Origin: Candidatus Borrarchaeum weybense
Lineage (GTDB): Archaea > Asgardarchaeota > Sifarchaeia > Borrarchaeales > Borrarchaeaceae
Assembly (NCBI GenBank): GCA_019057385.1
Contig: JAHQJS010000001.1
Location: forward strand, 158,941-179,096
Direction: 5' to 3'
DNA length: 20,156 bases
Positions within the stretch are counted from its first letter, which is position 1; each line of letters opens with the position of its first letter. Positions 7,941-14,978 of the stretch are shown one piece after another. The position numbers and the translations under genes were made by a program. The notes beneath the pieces are model-generated. The model was not told the origin of the DNA and made no database searches. It worked only from the letters and a program-made list of their open reading frames with translations.

Positions 7941-8700
7941 CTTCCGCTTTTCTCCAGCAATCACAAACTCCATCCCAACGCCAAAGTATTTCATCATTTC
8001 CCTTACTTCCAGTCAGCTTAACAATAACTGAGTAGTTATCCCGCCCTGGAATTTCGAGGCAATCTCTTTCCTTTTCAAAAGGCCCGTGCCACATTCCAAA
8101 TGAACCTCCACCATGGTCTTGGCCGATGCCGTATCTAATCTCATCAGCTTGAGCTGAGATTGATACATCCGGTTCAGGTTCAGGCCTTGCACTAACATGC
8201 GGTCTTGTATGCATGTTATAGAACATAACGAAACAAAATTATATCCCCGCCTCTTTGCGGTATGAACTGTATTGCCAGGCCGCTCAGGGTTGATATCAAC
8301 TTTCGCATTGTCCCAGGCTTTCCAATGATCACCCGGCCTGGAATTTTCCCAAGCACCATCCGAAAGCTGGCCAAGAAGTTCATTATGCCAAAGTGCTTGC
8401 TGCATTTCATTTTCAAAGTAAATAGTATTTGGTTTAAGCTTCCTTTCCTGTCCCCCTTTTTATAGTCGTAACTATCCTTACGTTCTTTCTCTCCAATCCA
8501 TCATATTCGTATACCACAACTCGGTATTGCTTAACCTTAAACTTAGCACTCAAATTAAGAGCTTCCTGCCGGGCTGTTTCATACTCCTCAAATCCCTCAC
8601 CAGGAATATTATCCGGCATCCATCCAGCTGCCAGCACACCCTTGGGTATCCTGACTTCTATTCCATACTCGGCACCAAAATTTCTATTTTCTCTTGTCAT
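7933..8700 (-). pseudogene. probable single multi-module phage gene split by two opposite frameshifts (ORFs 8434-8700, 8013-8405, 7933-8226)
   Basis: Only the first ORF has a clear RBS/start. The middle frame stays open back to the A5G5 run at 8452-8461 (KPNTIYFENEMQQALWHNELLGQLSDGAWENSRP). The third ORF is in the same frame as the first and reads PEPEPD...YGIGQDHGGGSFGMWHGPF. Confidence 0.5.
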
Positions 8701-8731
8701 CTTAAATACCTCTTCTTCTTCCTTTATATAA

Positions 8732-8760
8732 AGTATAAGGGATTTTGATAGGATTCACAA
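8732..8760 (-). promoter_or_regulatory. sigma70-type promoter for the 8700 gene
   Basis: TTGTGA-N17-TATACT followed by TTATATAAAG; same architecture as promoters at 16526 and 19799. Confidence 0.7.
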
Positions 8761-8793
8761 GAAAAAGTGGATAATTTTCTCTAAAATAATCAT

Positions 8794-8823
8794 AAAAAGG
8801 GCGGGCTGGTTTTCCCGCCCTTT
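8794..8823 (-). terminator. rho-independent terminator
   Basis: AAAGGGCGGG-8 nt loop-CCCGCCCTTTTT on the minus strand, downstream of the 8858 stop. Confidence 0.85.
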
Positions 8824-8857
8824 GCCTTAAGCCTGTGGGTTTAGTCACACACGTCTC

Positions 8858-9091
8858 TTACCTATCCCATATCATATGTTTAACCCAGTTTTTCGCCCTG
8901 CTGTTAGCCTCCTTCTCAGGTTTACCTGATTCAACATATCTTTTCGCTACCTCCTGCACAATCTCCTCATCCTTCTTACCCTGTGCTTTAAGCTCTCTGC
9001 ACAGCTTGGCTAATCCCTTAACCTTTGGAGAAATGCTCTTCTTGGCCTTCTCCTGCTTGTCCTTACCGGATGTGTCATCCAGCTTTTCCAT
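8858..9091 (-). CDS. small basic hypothetical protein
   Basis: 77 aa Lys-rich ORF, GAGGT RBS, followed by the terminator. Confidence 0.75.
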   Translation of the reverse strand: MEKLDDTSGKDKQEKAKKSISPKVKGLAKLCRELKAQGKKDEEIVQEVAKRYVESGKPEKEANSRAKNWVKHMIWDR

Positions 9092-9144
9092 ATATTACCT
9101 CTCATCTCGGTTAATAAAATTAACATCCACAAAGTGGATACAAA

Positions 9145-10224
9145 TTAACTAACTCCCAAACTTTTAAGATACTGGGGCATATCATTAAGCCAGGTTTTAT
9201 CACTGCAGAGATGTCCTGGACTGATAAGATCTCCCGAATTTCCATATCTGTCATCAAGATACTCAAACAGGTCAGTAATCCAAACCTCTACATCTTGGCA
9301 TGGTTTTCCTTTATAAAAGTCCATCATCCTTTTCGTCGCCTCAACAAACTTCGGGAATTCATGAGGCAAAGGTGTGTAATCTCTACGACCAATGTACAAG
9401 CCATATCTTCGGATAATCTTCTTTGTCAGTTCTGGATTTGGTCCAACAAGATCTGGATCTGGTAATTCCTTTCTATTCTCTCTGCGAAGGTACCTGGACT
9501 TCATGAAATTCTCAGGCAAGAATTGCCACCACTTCTTTGGGCCATCCTTTCTCTTTTCATATTTTACGGTAAGGAAGGTTGATAGCGGCCAGATATGATC
9601 CCAGAAGTACTCCTCCTTTTGTAATACCGTTGCGTAGTTATCTATCGCCGCACAAATATCTTCCCGGGAATAAGACTTGAGGTTTTCCATGATGGCGAGA
9701 ACCATGTCGTGTGTAAGTTTTCTATGGCTTTGCCATCTTCCTGTAGATTTATAGGAGTTCCAAAATTCAAAAATTACTTCAACAGCTTCCTTATTCTTAG
9801 AAGGATGAGGCTCATTTGAAGTATTATTATCTACTTTAGTATTTCCTTTAGTATTATATTTATTATTATATTTAAAGATTTCTTTATTCGGTATTAAAGA
9901 TTTCTTTAATGGGTCTTCAAGATTTTTTAAATCGGTATTATAAGAATCTTTAATATATATGCACCTGATATTTCCTTTATCCACTTCTGTTTGTATATAC
10001 CCTCTTTCTGCTAAAGCAGAAATCCATGTTGAGACCGAAACCTTGGTAACTCCATATAGCTCGGCAAAGTATTTGTTGCTTGCCCAGCAGTACCCCTTCT
10101 GGTTGCATAAAGCCGTTATCTCACCATAGAGCAGCTTCGCGTTTGGCGGAAGCGAAGCATCATACCTCACATCCGCGGGTATTATAGCATAATAACTAGG
10201 CTGGCTTTCCTCTTTTTTATTCAT
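9145..10224 (-). CDS. phage replication initiator (N-terminal HTH_36, lambda O / DnaD-like layout)
   Basis: YYAIIPADVRYD..LPPNAKLLYGEITALCNQKGYCWASNKYFAELYG...VSTWISALAERGYI; low-complexity N/K/T linker holding iterons; ATG at 10224 has a GGGGAG RBS. Confidence 0.88.
   Translation of the reverse strand: MNKKEESQPSYYAIIPADVRYDASLPPNAKLLYGEITALCNQKGYCWASNKYFAELYGVTKVSVSTWISALAERGYIQTEVDKGNIRCIYIKDSYNTDLKNLEDPLKKSLIPNKEIFKYNNKYNTKGNTKVDNNTSNEPHPSKNKEAVEVIFEFWNSYKSTGRWQSHRKLTHDMVLAIMENLKSYSREDICAAIDNYATVLQKEEYFWDHIWPLSTFLTVKYEKRKDGPKKWWQFLPENFMKSRYLRRENRKELPDPDLVGPNPELTKKIIRRYGLYIGRRDYTPLPHEFPKFVEATKRMMDFYKGKPCQDVEVWITDLFEYLDDRYGNSGDLISPGHLCSDKTWLNDMPQYLKSLGVS
9821..9955. repeat. replication origin: four 22-bp-period iterons plus AT-rich region inside the initiator gene
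   Basis: TTAAAGATTTCTTTA at 9872, TTAAAGATTTCTTTAA at 9894, TTCAAGATTTTTTAA at 9916, TTATAAGAATCTTTAA at 9938; adjacent AT-rich tract 9821-9870. Confidence 0.8.
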
Positions 10225-10395
10225 GTTTTCTCCCCTTCTTATATTCATTATAAGCTTTCTGTAGATTTATCCATGCTTGAAAATGCTCTGAATAAACCGA
10301 ACAGTTCGAATATTCTTTACATCTATGGCAGACCTGCCGGAAATGATCTCCCATACATTTTGTTAACTTCTTCTTCGACTCAATATAAAGGAAAA
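10217..10395 (-). pseudogene. 5'-truncated remnant of a Cys-rich gene
   Basis: Open frame ...SKKKLTKCMGDHFRQVCHRCKEYSNCSVYSEHFQAWINLQKAYNEYKKGRKHE*; its stop overlaps the initiator start; no upstream start/RBS in this frame. Confidence 0.45.
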
Positions 10396-10536
10396 CAGAC
10401 CGGATTCCAGGTCGAGTCCGTCCATTCGATTTTGCTTTTGTACATCGGATTTCTCCTCAACTATCTCAGTGATTTCTCTGCCACACCAGTAGCAATACTT
10501 CATACCGTTATACGTCCAGATACATTTCTCACTCAT
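10363..10536 (-). CDS. small Cys-containing hypothetical protein (57 aa, possibly internally deleted)
   Basis: MSEKCIWTYNGMKYCYWCGREITEI...; overlaps the upstream stop, GGAG RBS. Confidence 0.5.
   Translation of the reverse strand: MSEKCIWTYNGMKYCYWCGREITEIVEEKSDVQKQNRMDGLDLESGLFSFILSRRRS
10380..10445 (-). pseudogene. N-terminal remnant of a phage Gp37/Gp68 (DUF5131) gene
   Basis: GAGGAG RBS then MYKSKIEWTDSTWNPV-CFPLY*; 'SKIEWTD.TWNPV(TGC)' is the family N-terminus, and the rest is missing. Confidence 0.75.
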
Positions 10537-10765
10537 CGGCTTGCTCCTTTGCTATGAGGGCGTCCACAATATGCTCTATAGGTTTTTTGCCTGCTATTTT
10601 CCCGTTGTGCAGTCTGAAGGCAAGGTCGGCCATGCAGCAAATTTCCTTCCCATTATACAAACAATAAAAAGCATTTAGTTTTCTTTCCCAGACAAGAGGC
10701 AGATTCTTTTCAAGCCGATCCCACTGCTCATTCTCGCTCATATCCAATAGTTTTTCAATATCCAT
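10529..10765 (-). CDS. hypothetical protein
   Basis: 78 aa ORF with TAATG coupling. Confidence 0.65.
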   Translation of the reverse strand: MDIEKLLDMSENEQWDRLEKNLPLVWERKLNAFYCLYNGKEICCMADLAFRLHNGKIAGKKPIEHIVDALIAKEQADE

Positions 10766-11622
10766 TATTCACCGCCTTTCAGGTCTTGCTCAATTCGCCT
10801 GACAATTTCGCTTCCTATTTCTGCGGCGAACATAGCTGATTTCTCCTTCAGCCGCTCTATCTCCTTCTTTGCCTCGGCAAGCTGCTGTTGGAGTTGCTCA
10901 TATTCTTGGGCTACTTTTATATCGCTTTCGTGCTCATTAGTTAGTTTTTCGGTTAATTGTTGCATATCCACAAGAGCCGCCTGTAATGCTTTTCTATCCG
11001 CCCCGGCCTGTGCGAGCCGGTCGCAAGCATAATCCTTAAAACCCTGTAACTTAAAGGAACATTCAGGACAAATCTTACAACATTCAAATAGCTCCGTTTC
11101 AATATCCCAATCCTTTAACTCGTCCTGTGGCTCTGGCTTGAGCAGGGCAAGGACTTCACGCATTTTCTTCCATCGAACCAGTTCTGCTTCTGCCGCTTCG
11201 AAGCGGTCGCAGAGTTCTTCCACTTTATTTAGATAGTCTGTCATATTGTAATACGGATGCTCGACATGACCTTCTCGGAATCTCAAATCATAATGGATAA
11301 ATTTATGTTGTTCTAAAAACTTTTTCACAAACTCACTTGCCTCTGGCTTGTCTGTGCAGTCGGAGCAGTCCCATTTGTTTCCCTCTCCTGTTATTGGGTT
11401 AGGTATTTCCTTCGTTCCCCCGCAAGTCCCGCAGGGCTTCTTATCTAAATGCCTTAAGTCGCTTGGCCCAATTATTATTCCTTTGCCTCGTAAATTGCTT
11501 TTGCAGGGCTTGAGCAGGGCTTCTAAATGCTTTAGTATTAAATCTCTATGTGGCTCTAAAGTGTCCCAGTAATGGTCTTTTGCCTTTTCCAGCAACTCTC
11601 GTATCTTTTCAGCGTCTTTCAT
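10765..11622 (-). CDS. mosaic hypothetical protein with CxxCxGx zinc-finger motif, internal duplication and C-terminal coiled coil
   Basis: CGTCGG...CSDC; repeated ALLKP, KPE and CDR motifs; ATG at 11622 with AGGAAGG upstream. Confidence 0.75.
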   Translation of the reverse strand: MKDAEKIRELLEKAKDHYWDTLEPHRDLILKHLEALLKPCKSNLRGKGIIIGPSDLRHLDKKPCGTCGGTKEIPNPITGEGNKWDCSDCTDKPEASEFVKKFLEQHKFIHYDLRFREGHVEHPYYNMTDYLNKVEELCDRFEAAEAELVRWKKMREVLALLKPEPQDELKDWDIETELFECCKICPECSFKLQGFKDYACDRLAQAGADRKALQAALVDMQQLTEKLTNEHESDIKVAQEYEQLQQQLAEAKKEIERLKEKSAMFAAEIGSEIVRRIEQDLKGGE

Positions 11623-11688
11623 TTCCGGCCTTCCTGTTCTCTGCAAATGTAATTATTTAAGGTATTGAATCACTTGGCTCACCAAAAA

Positions 11689-12132
11689 TTATTCTTTAAC
11701 TTTTTCTTCTTTCCATATCTGGCTTATCGTTTTGCCACATATTTTACATATAACTTCTTGTGTAGGTTGCAAATGAGACTGTATATGCTGAACAAATATT
11801 TTACCCGCCTCAACATCATCAGCTTTCATAGGTTTATATAACGGCTCTCTTCTTTCACAAACAGGCTCTTTCCAATTATTAGATGTGCTGAAACCGTTAG
11901 ACCAATGGACAATGTAACCTTTTTTCAGGTCTTTAGCTACGTGCATAGGAATACCCACTAAGTAAAATACTTTCATTGTTTGTCTGTCATATTTGCCCTC
12001 TGTTGTTCCTTCCCATTGTTTGATACAATCATTGTACGTTTCTAAGCTTGCGGAAATGGATACCGCCATGACATCATCCTTCTTTTTTTTGTCCATTTCC
12101 TCTAATAGCTCAGTCATTAAAAGTCTGCTCAT
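11689..12132 (-). CDS. hypothetical protein with C-terminal CKIC motif
   Basis: Start MSRLL at 12132 overlaps the upstream TGA (ATGA), GGAG RBS. Confidence 0.7.
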   Translation of the reverse strand: MSRLLMTELLEEMDKKKKDDVMAVSISASLETYNDCIKQWEGTTEGKYDRQTMKVFYLVGIPMHVAKDLKKGYIVHWSNGFSTSNNWKEPVCERREPLYKPMKADDVEAGKIFVQHIQSHLQPTQEVICKICGKTISQIWKEEKVKE

Positions 12133-12524
12133 CTTTGTTCTCCCAAAATAAAATCTTTCTCTTTCCAATCATCAACAAGGGAAAATAAATTTGCTAATGC
12201 TTGGGCTGCGTCTGCTGTAGGCGAATTATATGTTTCGCCACTATCATTTATATCTCTACAAATAACTATTGCTTTTCTTAATTTTGTTAATTCTGACTCT
12301 GTAGAATGTTGTGGAGTAATGTCATAATGTTCATAAAAATTTAATCCATATATTTCTTCCAAAGCTATGCCACACCTTCCGCACCAAGGTTGATTTATTC
12401 TGGTCGGTATTCTATGGCCGAATAAACGACATAATACTTGACCTTTCCAAAACCACCATGCTCTCATGCGTTTTAATGAAAAGTCGTGAAATGTTCTTTT
12501 GGCTTTTATATCATCTTTCTTCAT
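12129..12524 (-). CDS. hypothetical protein with a CRLFGH...CGRC zinc-binding motif
   Basis: 'LCRLFGH....CxRC' is a common phage DUF1660-like signature. Confidence 0.65.
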   Translation of the reverse strand: MKKDDIKAKRTFHDFSLKRMRAWWFWKGQVLCRLFGHRIPTRINQPWCGRCGIALEEIYGLNFYEHYDITPQHSTESELTKLRKAIVICRDINDSGETYNSPTADAAQALANLFSLVDDWKEKDFILGEQR

Positions 12525-12577
12525 TTTTCTACCTTTGGTGCGTCAAGTGATTTATTGCCTTCCTTTAATAATTGTTT

Positions 12578-12829
12578 TTATATGCAGCTTTCGCTCTCAA
12601 CTTTAACCTGCTCCCAATCTTCACGCATCTCAACAAACTTACCAAGCTTTTTTGCTTGAGCAGGAGTTTTAGCTGTTCTAATCTCCCATTGATCTTCGAG
12701 ATGTTTTACCTTAGCCGCTTGATAGGCATGCTCAACTGTAGGCCAACAAAATCCATTCCAGACAAAAGGAGAAGGATAAAAATTACTCAGAAATCCATAC
12801 TCATCTTTGAAGTAAGTTATTGACCTCAT
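12578..12829 (-). pseudogene. C-terminally truncated NADAR (YbiA/DUF1768) family gene
   Basis: FLSNFYPSPF...PTVEHAYQAAK...IRTAKTPAQAKKLGK...REDWEQVKV, then an abrupt stop; the C-terminal half (AKF.Q...L.E....D..WG) is absent in all three downstream frames. Confidence 0.8.
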
Positions 12830-13488
12830 TTTCTCCTAAACTCGTAAACGAACACAGGATCATTTCTATTCCAAGCCTCTCTACCATGGAGTTTATTCCA
12901 AAGTTTTTCGAAATACCATTTAGCCCTTGTCACTGAACCTTCATTTTTATAAGTTGATGCTGATGTAATAGCTACACAACCCTCTGCAATAGCATCTTTC
13001 TCAGTTATCTGTTGAATCCTCTCGACTCTAATATTAGTTATTTCAAGAAAGATTCGAGCAAGAGACTTGTACATAAAACGGCCAGGAGTTCGTGAATATG
13101 GCCTAACTCTGTGCGCCCACTTTCTCCATTCCTCATCAGTAAGTTCAACTGTAAATTCTTTCTCATCTGCTAAGTATATTCCTTTAGCAGTTGTACTTCC
13201 AATCGGCACTTCACATATCTGATATCCCTCAGCCACATATAGTATATCTCCGATATGATACTTAGCCTTATAATATACCGGATCTTCTGGATTTCCAAAT
13301 CCCGCCCAGGTAAAACCTTCTGATGCCGGAAAGCCCAGATTATCAAGAATATTAACAAATTCACCTACGGGTGGTTTTCCTTTTAAGTTGATTATTCGTC
13401 TTGATTGAGTTTTGTGTCCTCTAAGAATAGCTTTAATCATTTCAGAAGAAAACACTATTGGTTTGCTATATGTCATAATGCTTCGCAT
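12826..13488 (-). CDS. ASCH/PUA-like phage protein
   Basis: KPIVFSSEMIKAILRGHKTQSRR...GDILYVAE...FMYKSLARIFLEITNIRVERIQQITEKDAIAEG...FEKLWN...WNRNDPVFVYEF. Confidence 0.82.
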   Translation of the reverse strand: MRSIMTYSKPIVFSSEMIKAILRGHKTQSRRIINLKGKPPVGEFVNILDNLGFPASEGFTWAGFGNPEDPVYYKAKYHIGDILYVAEGYQICEVPIGSTTAKGIYLADEKEFTVELTDEEWRKWAHRVRPYSRTPGRFMYKSLARIFLEITNIRVERIQQITEKDAIAEGCVAITSASTYKNEGSVTRAKWYFEKLWNKLHGREAWNRNDPVFVYEFRRK

Positions 13489-13693
13489 TCCGCACCCTTT
13501 CTAAGTAGATTTTCTGCACCCACTCTGGGAGTTCCCACCAAAAATCTCTAACGTCCATACCTCCAGCAGTATCTTTACAATAGAGAGACCATGCCGCTTC
13601 CTCTTGTGATGTTAACTCAGGACAACTAACTCCTGAACTCTCGGGAAGACCTCCGCCAAAGTATTCTGGATAGTATTCATCTAATAAGCTCAT
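13466..13693 (-). CDS. hypothetical acidic protein
   Basis: 75 aa ORF, GAGG RBS. Confidence 0.65.
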   Translation of the reverse strand: MSLLDEYYPEYFGGGLPESSGVSCPELTSQEEAAWSLYCKDTAGGMDVRDFWWELPEWVQKIYLERVRNAKHYDI

Positions 13694-13735
13694 AACAATC
13701 CTCTATTATCATTATACAATTTCAACTTCTATACC

Positions 13736-13897
13736 TCAGTTATTTTGTATAGACCACCTTTTTACACTTCTTGCATGCCTTAATATGAATACCACTATCC
13801 TCCCAAACATGTTTTTGTCCTTAGCTTTTGGGCATTTAGTCTTCATTTGTTTCAACGCCGCCTCGAACGCGAAGCCCGCCGGAAGACAATCACTCAT
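13736..13897 (-). pseudogene. small zinc-finger gene with an apparent frameshift at A5 (13812-13816)
   Basis: AAGGAG RBS, MSDCLPAGFAFEAALKQMKTKCPKAKDK; the -1 frame continues KHVWEDSGIHIKACKKCKKVVYTK*, which completes a C..H..CxxC pattern. Confidence 0.5.
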
Positions 13898-13925
13898 TTT
13901 GACTCCTTCCAATTTTTAATTCGCC

Positions 13926-13965
13926 TTCTACATCCATTCTACAATCTACTACATTCCTACTACAA
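13926..13965. repeat. four helically phased TWCTACAW direct repeats
   Basis: CTACA cores at 13928, 13939, 13949, 13960 (spacing 11, 10, 11) in the intergenic gap. Confidence 0.65.
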
Positions 13966-13992
13966 CTAGTCAAACTATGAAGAAGGTCTTCT

Positions 13993-14967
13993 TTATTTAA
14001 TCCGCACAATATCCTGCATACTAAGACCTGACTTTTCGTATGTCTCATCTTCTAATTCTTCCAAGAATCTCCAGCCATCTGTCCAATATCCAGCTGTAGG
14101 TTTCAACCCGGGCTGTAGCTTCATGAAGTATTCGTTCATGCGCTCTAATATCTTCTCTCTAATATACTTCGCCACCATTGAGGCTAAAGCCACTGGGAAA
14201 TATTTATTATCTGCTTTTACCTCGAATCGTATATCTAACTCTATTTTTCCTGAGGATAAAAAATATCTGGAGCATGTAGTCGATTCATCAGCTGGAAATT
14301 GAACGCCATCCAACTTCACATCGGGCAAAGTTTGTAATAAATCCCCATAAAACTTTCTACCTCCGAGCCTGTCAACATAAATTACTATTCTTTTCGCTGC
14401 ACAGAAAATAGCGATGGATAGGATTTGTTGAATCAGTTTGAGCACGGAAGAAGTAATCACCGAAGCTTTATTATCCGTGGTACTAACTATCCTATTAAAT
14501 TCTTCAGCATCTATACAAAGACATCGGAAATCCAGAAATTCAACTCCCTCTTGTTTCATATTCTCAGTTAGAGCTTCTGATACATCTTGACTTATCTCGG
14601 GAAGATAGTCTTTATATAAGGATGGATACCATGGATACTTCTCGGCTTGTTTTATGAGGTCGTTGGATATTATTGGGAGCAAGCTGGTAAATGTTGCTCT
14701 ATCCACACCAAGTTGATTGATAAAACCTTTTATAGTTCGCTCGAGATGGTTAGTTTTAGCATTTCGATTCCAAGCTTTTTTGCTATCTGTAACTAACAAC
14801 CTGCTACCAAGACCCTGCTTAAATTTGCCAACGCTATTTTGAAGTCGATACCATAAATCAAGATCCTCAGTATTTTCTCTAAGCAGAAAGATAGAAGAAG
14901 CCACAACTAGCGGGCCAAGGATTGGACCATATCCGGCCTCGTCAATTCCAGCTACAATTGTGAGCAT
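13993..14967 (-). CDS. rnhB: ribonuclease HII-family protein (long variant)
   Basis: AGIDEAGYGPILGPLVV, DSKK, VDRLGGR, KAD..YFPVALASMVAKYIRE, PTAGY; AAGGAG RBS. Confidence 0.88.
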   Translation of the reverse strand: MLTIVAGIDEAGYGPILGPLVVASSIFLLRENTEDLDLWYRLQNSVGKFKQGLGSRLLVTDSKKAWNRNAKTNHLERTIKGFINQLGVDRATFTSLLPIISNDLIKQAEKYPWYPSLYKDYLPEISQDVSEALTENMKQEGVEFLDFRCLCIDAEEFNRIVSTTDNKASVITSSVLKLIQQILSIAIFCAAKRIVIYVDRLGGRKFYGDLLQTLPDVKLDGVQFPADESTTCSRYFLSSGKIELDIRFEVKADNKYFPVALASMVAKYIREKILERMNEYFMKLQPGLKPTAGYWTDGWRFLEELEDETYEKSGLSMQDIVRIK

Positions 14968-14978
14968 TTGTTTCTCCT

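Noticed and set aside
9866-9955. Possible CRISPR or mini-array
   Set aside because: 22-bp period with no unique spacers, inside an initiator CDS; these are iterons
306-12823. Plus-strand ORFs in the left arm (e.g. 306-569, 968-1204, 4704-5009, 6458-6772, 8835-9152, 10273-10557, 12572-12823)
   Set aside because: Antisense shadows of motif-bearing minus-strand genes, with no RBS or motifs
12809-13488. Similar N-termini MRSIMTY (ASCH) and MRSITY (NADAR)
   Set aside because: Underlying codons differ, so there is no DNA repeat; the ASCH start may be the second Met
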